Shown one piece after another: positions 24,660-37,450 of a DNA stretch of 64,000 bases (the stretch's first letter is position 1; every line of letters begins with the position of its first letter). The position numbers and the translations under genes are program-made. The stretch comes from Mobula hypostoma (lineage: Eukaryota), in assembly GCF_963921235.1 (NCBI RefSeq), contig NC_086108.1, positions 102,674,001 through 102,738,000 on the forward strand. The letters are read 5' to 3'. The notes beneath the pieces are model-generated. The model worked only from the letters and a program-made list of their open reading frames with translations, was not told where the DNA came from and did no database searches.

Positions 24660-27600
24660 TCATAGAGTAATGGAGAAGCACAGCACAGGAACAGGCCCTT
24701 AGGTCCATCTAGTCCATACCAAAACCATTTAAACTGCTTCTTCCCATCGACCTGCAGCGAAAGCATAGCCCTCCATACCTCTATTATCCATGTACGTATC
24801 CAGACTTCCCTTAAATGTTGAAATCAAGCACTGGCAGCTCATTCCACGCTGTCATGACCCTCTGAGTGAAGAGATTTCTCCTCATGTTCCCCTTAAACTT
24901 TTCACTTTTCACCCTTACCTCTGGTTGTAGTCTCACCCAACCTCAGTGGAAAAAAGCCTGCTTGCATTTACTCTATCTATACCCCTCATAATTTTATATA
25001 CTCCCGTCAAATCTCCTCTCAATCTTCTACGTTTTAAAGAATTCAGTTCTAACCTATTCAATCTTTCCTTATAACTCAGTTCCTCCGGACCCAGCAACAT
25101 CCTTGTAACTTTTCTCTGTACTCTTTCAATCTTGTTTACATCTTCCTTGTAGGTATGGTAACCAAAATTGCACACAATACTCCAAATTAGGCCTCAACAA
25201 CGTTTTATATAACATCCCATCTCCTGTACTCAATCCATTGATTTATGAAGGCCAATATGCCAAAAGCTTTCTTTACAACCCTATCTACCTTTGATGCTAC
25301 TTTCAATGAATTATGTACCTGTATTTCCAAATCCCTTTGTTCTACCACATTCCTCAGTGCCCTACCGTTCACTGTGTCAGACCTGGCCTGGTTGGTCCTA
25401 CCAAAGTGCAAAACATCACACTTGTCTGTATTAAATTCTATCTGCCATTTTCCAACCCTCTACTACCACTCTCTTGCTTCTCCCTCTTGCCATTGCCTAA
25501 TCCAATTTACTACCTCATCCTGAATGGCAAGCAGCCGAACCTTCTTGACCAGCCTCCCATGTGGGACCTTGTCAAATGCCTTGCTAAAGTCCATGTAGAC
25601 AACATCCACTGCCTTGCCTTCATCCACTTTCCTGGTAACTTCCTCAAAAAACTATTAAGATTGGTTAGACAGCACCTACCATGCACGAAGCCATACTGAC
25701 TATACTTAATCAGTCCATGACTATCGAAATACTTATATATCCAGTCCCATAGAATACCTTCTAATAACTTTCCCACATTGATGCTAGGCTCACCAGCCTA
25801 TATTTTCTGGTTTCTGTTTAGAGCCTTTTTTAAAAAGAGGAACAACATTAAATCTTCTGATACCTCCTTTAACGATGATTTAAATATCTCTGCTTGGGCC
25901 CCAACAATTTTGCACTTGCTCAGTAGTGTCCAAGGGAACACTTTGCCAGGCCCTAGGGATTTATCCACCCTGATTTGCCTCAGGGTAGCAAACACCTCCT
26001 CCTCTGTAATCTGTACGGGGTCCATGAAGTTGATGCCACTTTGCCTCACTTCTATAGACTCAGTGTTCATCTCCCGAGTAAATACAGAAGCAAAGGATTC
26101 ATTTAAGATCTCCCTCATCTGGCTTGGGTTCACACATGGATTACCATTCTGGTCTTCCAGAGGGCATGTGGCCAAGTGGTTAAGGCATTCAACTAGCTTT
26201 CTGAAGATCGTGAGTTTGAGCCCCAGCCAAGGCAGCATGTTGTGACCTTGAGCAAGGCACTTAATCACACAGTGCTCTGCGACGACACTGGTGCCAAGCT
26301 GTATGGGTCCTAATGCCCTTGGACAACATCGGTGCTGTGGAGAGGGGAGACTTGCAGCATGGGCAACTGCCAGTCTTCCATACAACCTTGGAGAGTGAAG
26401 ACTTTCCAGGCGCAGATCCATGGTCTCGCAAGACTAACGGATGCCTTCCAGAGGACCAATTTTGTCCCATGCAATCCTTTTGCTCTAAACATACCTGTAT
26501 AATCCCTTAGATTCTGCATTACCTTGTTTGCTAATGCAACTTCATGCTTTCTTTTAGCTTTTCTGATTTTTTTATTAAGTGTTCTCTTGCATTTTACATA
26601 CTCCATAAGAGTCTCATTTATTCCTGCTGGTCTATATCTGCTATTCACCTCCTTTTTTCTCTTAATCAGGACCTCAATATCTCTTGAAAACCAAGGTTCC
26701 CTACACTTATTATCTTTACCTTTTATACTGACAGGTGCATACAAGCTTTGTAGTCTCAAAATTTCATGCTTGGAGGCCTCCCACTTACCAAGTACACCTT
26801 TGCCAGAAAACAGGCTTTCTCAATCCACACTTGCCACATCATTACTGATACCATCAAAATTGGCCTTCTTCCAATTTAGAATCTCAACCCCCAGAGCAGA
26901 CCTATCTTTTTGCATATCTGCTTTGAAACTAATGGCATTGTGGTCACTGGACGCAAAGTGCTCCCCTACACAAACTTCTGTCGCCTGTCCTGCCAGCAGC
27001 AGAATAAGTATCGCATGCTCTCTCGTTGGGACTTCTACATAGTGATGAAGGAAACTTTCCAGAACACATTCAACAAACTTTTTCCCACCTAGTCCTTTTA
27101 CAGTATGGGATTCCCAGCCAATATGTGGAAAGTTAAAATTACTGACTATATCAACCTTATGTTTCTTACAACAGTTTGATCTCCTTACAAATTTGTTCCT
27201 ATAAATCCCTTGGACTGTTGGGTAGTTTCTACCCCCATTGGCATGGTTATACCTTTCTTATTTTTCAGTTCCATGCATAATGCCTTCCTAGTCGAGTTCA
27301 CCAGTCTGGCCTGACGGAGCACTGCCATAACATTTTTTCCTGATTAGTAATGCCACCCGTCTTCCTTTATTCCCTCCCGCTCTGTCACGTTTAAAACAAC
27401 AGAACCCCAGAATATCAAGCTGCCAGTCCTGCTCCTCCCTCAACCAAGTCTCACTAATGACTACAATATCATAATTTCCAGGTCTTGATCCATACCCTGA
27501 GCTCATCTGCCTTTACCTACAATACTTCTTGCATTGAAATATACATAGCTCAGGACAATAGTCGCACCATGTTCACCCTTTTGATTCCTGACTTTGTCTA

Positions 27601-28790
27601 CAGTCTTACCAACATCTGTCTCCACAACCTCTCCACTAACTGTCCTGGCACTCTGGTTCCCATCCCCTACAACTCTAATTTAAACCCCACCATGCAGCAC
27701 TAACAAACTTTCCCACTAGGATAATAGTCCCCCCTCCAGTTCAGCTGCAAACCGTCCCTTCTGTACAGGTCCCACCTTCCCTGAAAGAGAGCCCAATGAT
27801 CCAAAGATCCTATGCCCTTCCTCCATCACCAACTCCTTAGCCACGTATTAAGCTGCATAATCTTCCTAGTTATGACCTCACTAGCACATGGCACAGGTAG
27901 TAATCCTGAGATCACAATCCTGGAGGTCCTGGTCTTTAATTTAGCACCTAACTCGCTGAACTCCCTATGCAGAACCTCGTTACTCATCCTACCCAAGTCA
28001 TTTGTACCTACATGGACCACAACCTCTGGCTGTTCACCCTCCCACTTAAGAATTCTGTGGACTCGATCTGAGATGTTCTGGACCCTGGCACCCAAGAGGC
28101 AACATTCTATCCAGGAATCTCGTTCTCGCCCACAGAATCTCCCGCCGTTCCCCTGACTAATGAATCCCCTATCACCACAATGCGGCTCTTCTTCCCCACC
28201 TCCCCACCTTCCCTTCTGAGTCACAGAGACAGACCTTGTGCCAGAGATGCAACTGCTGTGACTTTCCTCTGTTAGGTTATTCCCCCCACCCCCCACGAAC
28301 AGTATCCAAAGTGATATACCTGTTGTTGAGGGGGACAGCCACAGGGGTACTTTCCACTAGCATTAATGACCCCTTTTCCCTTCCTGACTGTCACCTAGTT
28401 TCCTGTGTCCTGAACCTTGGGCGTAACTACCTCTCTATATGTCCTATCTTATCACCCCCTCAGCCTCCCAAATGATTTGGAGTTCATCCAGTTCCAGCTC
28501 CAGCTCCTTAATGCGGATTGTTAGGAGCTGCAGCTGGTTGCGCTTCTCACATTTGTAGTTGTCAGGGACTCTGGAGGTCCCCCTGCCTTTCAGCATCCTG
28601 CAAGAGGAGCATCGAACCATCCTGTCTGGTATCTCTACTGTCCCAGCTGAGCAGATATAAAGAAGGGAAGGAAAAAAATCTTAACCTAGAAATTTCTTTT
28701 TTGCCTCCTCTGACCGAAGCCTTGAAGAGCTAAAGCCTCAATTTCACCACCCTAACTCTGCCCACTCTGACTACGGCCACTACGCTTCCC
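24660..28790 (-). mobile_element. Near full-length but decayed CR1 LINE (ORF1 esterase; ORF2 APE and RT)
   Basis: ORF1 SGNH-esterase motifs (GARVQNIS...VVVHVGTNDLG...VISGLLPVP); APE (YDIVVISETWL); RT (SQYGFVHGRCCLTNL); C-terminus. Confidence 0.9.
26164..26444 (+). mobile_element. tRNA-derived RTE-tailed SINE inserted in CR1 ORF2
   Basis: A box tggccaagtgg; TSD cttccagagg at 26154-26163 and 26445-26454. Confidence 0.9.
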
Positions 28791-29460
28791 TTTGCTGTCC
28801 TCTAATTTGCTCGTACGAATCGATTGTACAAAAGCCTGAAAGCACATACCACTAGGCTCAAGGACAGCTTCTATCTAGCTGTTAGAAGACCATTGAACAG
28901 AGCACTAGTATGATAGGATTCACTCTGGACCTCTCAATCTATCTCATTCTGGCCTTAGATATTTTTTTTCTGCCTGCACTGCACACACTCTGTAACTGTA
29001 ACACTTTATTCTGCATTCAGTGACTGCTTTTCCCTTGTACTACCTCAGTGAACTGATAAGATGAAATGATCCGTATGGATGGCATGCAAAACAATGTTCT
29101 TCATCGTACATTGGTACATGTCCCAATAATAAACCAATTTATGAACTTACCTGTTTAAGAGGAACATCCACTATAGGCTATCTACTACAGGTTAAGAACA
29201 TCCGACTTACAGACATATGAGCTCCGATGATATTAATAGTTCCTTAAGAAGGCTGTATCCATCATTAAGGACATTCACAATCTGGGGCATGCCCTGTTCT
29301 CATTACTACCATCAGTGAGGAGGTACAGGAGCCTGAAGACCTATACTTAATGTTTTAGGAATAGTTTCTTCCCCTCGGCTCTCAGATACCTGAATAGTCC
29401 ATGAACCCATTAAACCTACCTCACTATTCCTCTTTTGGGCTTCCTATCTATCCAGCCATC

Positions 29461-29461
29461 A

Positions 29462-29494
<33 letters not shown>

Positions 29495-29535
29495 TATACT
29501 GCCTATCTACCTATCTATCTATCCAGCTATCCAAA
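29461..29535. repeat. (TCTG)n/(TCTA)n microsatellite
   Basis: Directly visible. Confidence 0.9.
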
Positions 29536-29750
29536 AGATAATGAGAGGTATTGATTGTGTGGATAGTCAGAGGCTTTTTCCCAGAGCTGAAATGGCTAAC
29601 ACAGGAGGGCACAGTTTTAAGGTGCTTGGAAGTAGGTACAGAGTAGATGTCAGGGGTAAGTTTTTTACGCAGAGAGTGGTGGGTGCGTGGAATGGGCTGC
29701 CGGCGGCGGTGGTGGAGGTGGATTTAATAGGGTCTTTGAAGAGACTCTTG

Positions 29751-29965
29751 CCGGCTGGTGGTGTGGTGGCATCAGCGTTGAACTTCAGAGCAAAGGCTCC
29801 AGGGTTCAAACCCAGCCGGCTCCCTTGCATGCATTCCATGCGTGCTGGGTTGAGCGTCGAGCTAGCAACTCAGCCTCATAAAAATAAGAAAGCCTGCTTA
29901 AAAAACACCATCATGACGACGGCCCAATGACTCCACTCAGAGTTAAGGGCTTCTTCTTCTTCTTT
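29751..29965 (+). mobile_element. Second tRNA-derived SINE family with (TTC)n tail
   Basis: B box gggttcaaaccc; TSD aagagactcttg at 29739-29750 and 29966-29977. Confidence 0.8.
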
Positions 29966-30065
29966 AAGAGACTCTTGGATAGGTACATGGAGCTTAGAAA
30001 AATAGAGGGCTATGGGTAACCTCAGGTAATTTCTAAAGAAAGTATATGTTCGGTACAGCACTGTG

Positions 30066-30484
30066 TTGTATGTTATGTTATATGACTCAGAATGTTGGAC
30101 AATATCTAGTAACATGAGGAAACGAATTGTAGCAGCAGAGATGTGGTTTTTGAGGAGGATGCAAAGAATATCATGGGCGAAACAAATATCTAACGAGGAT
30201 GTCATGAACAGAGCAAAGACAAAAAGAGAAATAATGTATGAGATCGTGAAAATGTAATGTAACTTCATTGGACATGTGATTAGGAAAGAGGAGTTAGAGT
30301 GCACAGTAATTATGGGAAAGATTGAAGGGAAGAAAGCAACAGGAAGACAAAGACAAATGATGATGGAGACAGCAGCCAGAGAACTGGAAATGAATACCAA
30401 TGAATTGATCCACTTGACCCGAAACAGGAGTGTGTGGGCCATGGCAGTCAAAGCTCAAACTGGGCATGGCACCTGATGATGATG
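30066..30484 (+). mobile_element. RTE-clade LINE 3' end with (GAT)n tail
   Basis: MLYDSECWTI...AAEMWFLRRMQRISW...GKIEGKKATGRQR; TSD acagcactgtg at 30055-30065 and 30485-30495. Confidence 0.85.
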
Positions 30485-30590
30485 ACAGCACTGTGGGCTG
30501 AAAGGCCTGTATAGTGCTGTAGGCTTTCTATGTTTCTATGATAATAAACCAGATTCTCGTTCAAAAGTCCAACAGACATATGATCATTAC

Positions 30591-30838
30591 CGTTCTGTAT
30601 TTAATATTTAAGTTATCTTTGCGTAATCTTGTATAGATATTGGTTGATTAAGCATTCTTGTTCATTTAAATAGTTAATTATGGGTTGTAAGTAAAAATAT
30701 GTTAATTAAATATGTCATCACACTACCACGGGATACATGCATGACTCACTTAATAAACTCAAAGGTGCACCTGTATATTTGGACTCCCCGCATCTTCCTT
30801 TGTATTACTTTAATGTTTTGAAGTTACGAAACATAACA
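30591..30838. mobile_element. Probable solo LTR
   Basis: About 250 bp, ends in aaca, short inverted termini, internal aataaa, flanks attac/atttc. Confidence 0.45.
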
Positions 30839-31289
30839 ATTTCTACAAACAGCTCAGTTAGTTTGCTCGCTCTCCACCTTTAGTGATGGTTCTTACCAGT
30901 CTTAGGTAGTATCTACTGCAGCTCTATGGCGTATAAAGTGATTTTTGTGTATTTTCCAACTTTAAAATGGACCCTATTCATTGCTAGGGACAATCTGCAC
31001 TGCACTCCACTCTTTCTGGCTACCTTTGTATTCATGCTGTCACTGTTCTTTGGGTTTTATGTGCAGACGTTGTCCTAAAGAACACACACAACATCGACCA
31101 CTCCATCCGAAACTCACCCGCTAAAACAAAGATCATTTGTCTTTAACAAATGAGTTCTTTTGATTGTCCGGTCCAGTATTTCTGCCGCTTGGTGTTGATG
31201 CATTTCAGCAGATGACTCTTCTATGGTGCATATTTGGATGTTCAAAGACACTGTTGTAGCAAGTTATTGATATTGTTTGATTTCAACAT

Positions 31290-31815
31290 ATCAGAGAAAT
31301 TTGGAAAAGTACATGGATGGGAGCGGGTGGGAGGGGTATGAAGGACTGTGGTCTGGGTGAGGCCATATGCAATTCTAGTCACCTACCTACAGGAAGGATG
31401 TAAATAAGGTTGAAAGAGTACAGAGAAAACTTACAAGAATGTTGCTGAGTCTGGGGGACCTGAGTTATATAGAAAGATTGAATAGGTGAGGATCATAGTC
31501 CCATAGAAGACTGAGAGGAGATTTGATAGAGGTACATAAAATTGTGAGGGATATAGATGGGTTAAGGGTGAAAGGTGAAACTTCTTCACTCAGAGGTTCC
31601 TGAGAGTGTAGAATAAGCTGCCAGCACAAGTGGTGCATGCAAGCTCAGTTTCAATATTTACGAGAAGTTTAGATCAGTACCTGGATGGTAGGGACATGGA
31701 GGGCTCTGGTCCCCGTGCAGGTTAATGGGAATAGGCAGTTTAAATGGCTAGGCACAGATTAGAGGGACCAAAAGGCCTGTTTCTGTGATCTACTTTTCTA
31801 TGACTCTCTGACTAG
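31290..31815 (+). mobile_element. Decayed CR1 3' fragments
   Basis: Similar to the ORF2 C-terminus and 3' UTR of other CR1 copies. Confidence 0.75.
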
Positions 31816-32577
31816 GAAGATTAATAGTTTGGCACACAGTTCTGTAGTGTTCTATAACTCTAACTAGAGCAGATAGACCGAAGGAAACAATGAGTTCAAC
31901 TGTCTTGGAGATGTCAGAGAGAATAGGGTAGGTTTTAACCTTAAGTGCTGAAGAATTGTCTTCATATTCACTCATGGCACTATTGGCTTGTGGTTACAGT
32001 TAGAATGAATCACAGAATTGTTAGAGCACAAACGGCAATTGAGCCTACACTATCCCACACTTTGTTGGGCATTCAACTCATAAAAGAAAAGTTTGAAGAG
32101 CCTTCAACAGATTAATTGTTTACTTGGACCATCCCCTTCCATTGAAAGTCTGTTCCTTGTTAATGTTAAATGTGCCACTGTTGGAGGTGGTGAGTTCAAT
32201 GCTCAATTCACTGTGCAAAATTCCAGTTCATTTAGTGATTCAAATAAAATCAAAATTATACATTGAATTTCCAACTCAATCACAATTTAGGTCACGGTGA
32301 ATGTGACACATCAAGTAATGCTAGACAGCATGTATGAAGCATTTATAAAAATGTTTTCAATCCTGCTTCCCTGGTGTAAGGTATGTGCTGCATTTGTGCT
32401 GACAGATGTTCTGTGGAGTGACACAAAGAGTGATAATGGGACCCTTGTAATAACCCTGATGGTTTGCACTGAGAAGGGCGGTGACAGTTAGCACTGATCG
32501 ATGCAACAAACTCGACCTCGTCATAGAATCTCTCAATTTTCTCTGACAGCACAAGTTGCTCAGTTCAAAGGCAATAA

Positions 32578-32895
32578 GTGACTTGCATTTAAATAGCACC
32601 TTGTCCATCCTCAGGATTTCCTAAAACACTTCACAGACAGCAAGCTGCAGTAAATTAGAAGACATGACAGCTAATTTGTTCATGACAAGCATCCACAAAC
32701 AACAATGGGATAACAACTGGATTTTTTTTAAATCAGGAAAGATAAGCATCAACTTTTATGCAAACACTCCTGCTTTTTGTCAATATAGGATGTTTTGGAT
32801 GAATCTGAGATGGCAAGCAGAGCCTCTGTTCTAAAGATGGTTTTTCCAACTGTGCAACACTCCACACACGAGAGAGTGAGTCCAGGTTGTGTACG
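32578..32895 (-). mobile_element. Ancient Deu-domain SINE (SacSINE1-like)
   Basis: acttgcatttaaatagcacctt...cagctaatttg...catccacaaacaacaatg resembles the reverse complement of the Deu-SINE body and tail as I recall them. Confidence 0.55.
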
Positions 32896-32966
32896 TAGAT
32901 AACAGAATAGGACCAGAACAAATGGCCACCCAATACCAAGACAAATTGACTTTTTGGATATCAGAA

Positions 32967-33277
32967 AAGGCATCCATTAGTCTTGCGAGACCATGGATCT
33001 GCACCTGGAAAGTCTTCACTCTCCAGGGCACAGGCCTGGGCAAGGTTGTATGGAAGACCAGCAGTTGCCCATGCTGCAAGTCTCCGCTCTCCACGACACC
33101 AATGTTGTCCAAGGGAAGGGCATTAGGACCCATACAGCTTGGCACCAGTGTCGTCGCAGAGCACTGTGTGATTAAGTGCCTTGCTCAAGGACACAACACA
33201 CTGCCTCGGCTGGGGCTTGAACTCACGACCTTCAGATCACTAGTCGAATGCCTTAACCACCTGGCCACGTGCCCACG
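32967..33277 (-). mobile_element. tRNA-derived RTE-tailed SINE
   Basis: Perfect 13-bp TSD ttggatatcagaa at 32954-32966 and 33278-33290. Confidence 0.9.
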
Positions 33278-34239
33278 TTGGATATCAGAATCATGTTTAT
33301 TATCACTGACATATGTCGTGAAATGTGCTGTTTTGCGGTAGCAAGACAATGCCATACATAAAAATACTATAAATTATAATAAGAAATATATATTTTAAAA
33401 ATTTAATAAATAGTTCAAAAGAAAGCAAAAATAGTGAAGTAGTGTTTATGAGTTGGTTCATTGTCCATTCAGCTATCTGCTGGCGGAAGGGAAGAGGTTG
33501 TTCCTCAGGTTCAAAGTTCAAAGTAAATTTATTACCAAAGTACATATACCCTGTATGTCACCATTCAACCCTGAGATTAATTTTCTTCTGGGCATACTCA
33601 GTAAATCCAAAACCATAAATCTTTGTCCTCTCATAATCTACCTGGGAGAAAGATTCTTACTAACTACATTACCCGTTTGGGTGGCAGGGTGGAGATACAT
33701 ATCTACCGAAGGAGGTGTAAGGTGCTCTTACCCTCTGCTATCCTGCAGATCACCCTTAGGCAAGGTGTAGCACCTGCTTATCTCCCCCACCCACCCCAAT
33801 CAGGGTCATGTGAAGCCATGGGATCAGGTGGTGGATGGTCATATGAGCTGCCGCTGCATATCACAAGTCCTGGTTGTGCGACCACTGAAGTCAGGCAGAT
33901 GATCTCTGAAGGGTATTGATGATGGCTGGGGGTGGGGGAGTTCACCCGTCTTATGAAGATACTGCCCAGAAGAAGGCAATGGCAAACCATTTCTGTACAA
34001 AAATTTGCCATGGTCGTGGATAAGTCATGTCATATGACACGGCACATAACAAACAAATATTACCTGTGCCTCTATTCATTTAATAAACTTCTATGAGGTG
34101 CTTCCTCAGCTTTGTGATAGAGAATAAAGAGGATATGTGGAATGTGAGAGGGAATGGGTTTTATGGGAATGTGGCTAATGGGATTGCTGCAATTGGTGTA
34201 GGAACCAGCAATCCTTAGCAGGTCAGGCAACTTCTGTAT

Positions 34240-34240
<1 letters not shown>

Positions 34241-34274
<34 letters not shown>

Positions 34275-34277
34275 AGA
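34241..34277. repeat. (GA)n microsatellite
   Basis: Directly visible. Confidence 0.95.
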
Positions 34278-35314
34278 ATGTTACAGATTGATGAACAGCT
34301 TCTTTTCTGTCTGCATAGATTGTGTTTGACCTACTGAGTAATTCCAGAACTCTTTTTTTTATTTTGGTTTACAGTATTGTATAATTTATGTGCATTTTAT
34401 ATTCTATGTGTTGTCTGAATTGGTCTATCTGAGATACTGCTGTAAATAAGTTTTTCACTACCTGTAACTCACTATACTGTGCACATGGCAATACGCTCAG
34501 CTGAACGTAAGCTTCCTGTTTTTATCATCAGGGATGATACAAAGATAGGTGAAGGGGCAGGTAGTGTTGAGGAAGCAGGGAGGCTACAGGAGGACTTATA
34601 GATATCAGAAGAATGGGCAAAGTGGCAGATGGAATACAGTGTCGCGAAGTGTGTGGTCACGCACTTTGGTAGAAGAAATAAAAAACATAAGACCATTAGA
34701 CATAGGAGCAGAATTGGGCCATTTGGCCTATTGAGTCTGCCCTGCCTTCCGATCATGGCTGATCCTTTTTTTCTCCTCCTCTACCCCAGTTCCTGGCCTT
34801 CTCCCCATAACCTTTGATGCCATGTCCAGTCAAGAACCTATCAATCTCTACCTCAAATATACCCAAAGACCTGGCCTCCACAGCTGCATGTGGCAACAAA
34901 TTCCACAAATTCCACAAATTCACCGCCCTTTGGCTAAAGGACCATTTTGAAAGGGTGTCCCTCTATCCTGAGGCTGTGTCCTCTTGTCCTAGACTCTCCC
35001 AACATGGGAAACATCCTTTCCACATCTACCCCATCTAGGCCTTTCAACATTTGAAAGATTTCAATGAGATCCCCCTTCATCCTTCTAAATTCCAGTGAGT
35101 ACAAGCCCACAGCCATCAAATGTTCCTCGTATGATAATTCTTTCATTCCTGGAATCATCCTTGTGAACCTCCTCTGAACTCTCTCCAATGCCAGTACATC
35201 TTTTCTAAGATGAGGGGCCCAAAACTGTTCACAATACTCAAGGTGAGGCCTCACCAGTGCCTTATAAAGCCTCAGCATCACATCCTTGCTCTTGTATTCT
35301 AGACTTATTGAAAT

Positions 35315-37450
35315 AGTCATAGTCATACTTTATTGATCCTGGGGGTGGGGGGGGAATTGGTTTTCGTTACAGTTGCACCATAAATAATAAATAGTAATAG
35401 AACCATAAATAGTTAAATAGTATTATGTAAATTATCCCAGTAAATTATGAAATAAGTCCAGGACCAGCCTATTGGCTCAGGGTGTCTGACCCTCCAAGGA
35501 AGGAGTTGTAAAGTTTGATGGCCACAGGCAGGAATGACTTCCTATGACGCTCTGTGTTGCATCTCAGTGGAATGAGTCTCTGGCTGAATGTACTCCTCTG
35601 CCCACCCAGTACATTATGTAGTGGATGGGAGACATTGTCCAAGATGGCATGCAACTTGGACAGCATCCTCTTTTCAGACACCACCGTCAGAGAGTCCAGT
35701 TCCATCCCCACAACATCACTGGCCTTACGAATGAGTTTGTTGATTCTGTTGGTGTCTGCTACCCTCAGCCTGCTACCCCAGCACACAACAGCAAACATGA
35801 TCGCACTGGCCACCACAGACTCGTAGAACATCCTCAGCATCGTCCAGCAGATGTTAAAGGACTTCAGTCTCCTCAGGAAATAGAGACGGCTCTGTCTCTT
35901 CTTGTAGACAGCCTCAGTGTTCTTTGACCAGTCCAGTCTATTGTCAATTCGTATCCCCAGGTATTTGTAATCCTCCACCATGTCCACACTGACCCCCTGG
36001 ATGGAAACAGGGGTCACCGGTACCTTAGCTCTCCTCAGGTCTACCACCAGCTCCCTAGTCTTTTTCACATTAAGCTGCAGATAATTCTGCTCACACCATG
36101 TGACAAAGTTTCCTACCGTAGCCCTGTACTCAGCCTCATCTCCCTTGCTGATGCATCCAACTATGGCAGAGTCATCCGAAAATTTCTGAAGATGACAAGA
36201 CTCTGTGCAGTAGTTGAAGTCCGATGTGTAAATGGTGAAGAGAAAGGGAGACAAGACAGTCCCCTGTGGAGCCCCAGTGCTGCTGATACTCTGTCGGACA
36301 CACAGTGTTGCAAGCACACGTACTGTGGTCTGCCAGTCAGGTAATCAAGAATCCATGATACCAGGGAAGCATCCACCTGCATCGCTGTCAGCTTCTCCCC
36401 CAGCAGAGCAGGGCGGATGGTGTTGAACAACTGGAGAAGTCAAAAAACATGACCCTCACAGTGCTCGCTGGCTTGTCCAGCTGGGCGTAGACACGGTTCA
36501 GCAGGTAGACGATGGCATCCTCAACTCCTAGTCGGGGCTGGTAGGCGAACTGGAGGGGATCTAAGTGTGCCCTGACCATAGGCCGGAGCAGCTCCAGAAC
36601 AAGTCTCTCCAGGGTCTTCATGATGTGGGAGGTCAATGCCACTGGTCTGTAGTCATTGAGGCTGCTGGGGCGCGGCGTCTTCGGCACAGGGACGAGGCAG
36701 GACATCTTCCACAGTACAGGAACCCTCCGGAGCCTCAGGCTCAGGTTGAATACATGGCGAAGTACTCCACATTGCTGAGGGGCACAGGCTTTGAGCACCC
36801 TGGTACTGACACCATCCGGTCCTGCAGCCTTGCTTGGGTTTTGACGTTTCAGCTGTCTTCTCACCTGTTCTGCTGTGAAGCCCATCGTGGTGGTTTCATG
36901 TGGGGAAGGGGTATAGTCATGAGAGCAGTGTGGGGGACTATGAGGAGGGGTAGGAGGGGAGAGTGGAATATGTGTTGGTTGGGGGCCGACAACAGGTGGC
37001 TCATGTGGGGGATGGGCAGGGGCCACAATGTCAAATCTGTTAAAGAACAGGTTAAGTTCATTGGCCCTGTCCACACTGCCTTAGCTCCTCTGTTGCTAGT
37101 TTGCCAAAACCCAGTGATGGTCCTCATCCCCCTCCAGACCTCTCTCATGTTGTTCTGCTGGAGTTTCCACTCAAGCTTCCTTCTGTACCTGTCTTTAGCC
37201 TCCCTGATCCTGGCTTTCAGGTCCCTCTGTATTGGCCTCAGCTCCTCCCTATTTTCATCTCTAAACGCCCTCTTTTTAGCATTCAGGATGTCCTTAATGT
37301 CCTTTGTCACCCATGGCTTGTTATTTGAATAACGAAGGACAGTCCTTGTCGGAACATTGCAGTCCACACAGAAGTTGATGTAATCAGTGATGCACTCTGT
37401 GAGCCCATCAATATCCTCTCCATGTGGCTCACAGAGTGCCTGCCAGGGCA
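35315..37450 (-). mobile_element. Rex1-family LINE, 2.1 kb, young
   Basis: Overlapping ORFs joined by a few frameshifts; RT with GAPQGTVLSPFLF and LQKFSDDSAIVG; (CTATGA)n tail. Confidence 0.9.

Larger units (their letters stand above)
29536..30540 (+). mobile_element. CR1 3' end carrying two nested insertions
   Basis: MRGIDCVDSQRLFP...FFTQRVVGAWNGLP; CR1 sequence resumes at 29978 and 30496 and ends in (tttctatg)n. Confidence 0.85.

Noticed and set aside
26164..26235. tRNA-like sequence
   Set aside because: SINE head continuous with the SINE body and enclosed by a TSD; not a stand-alone tRNA gene.
36565..37332. 255-aa plus-strand ORF
   Set aside because: Antisense shadow of the Rex1 ORF.
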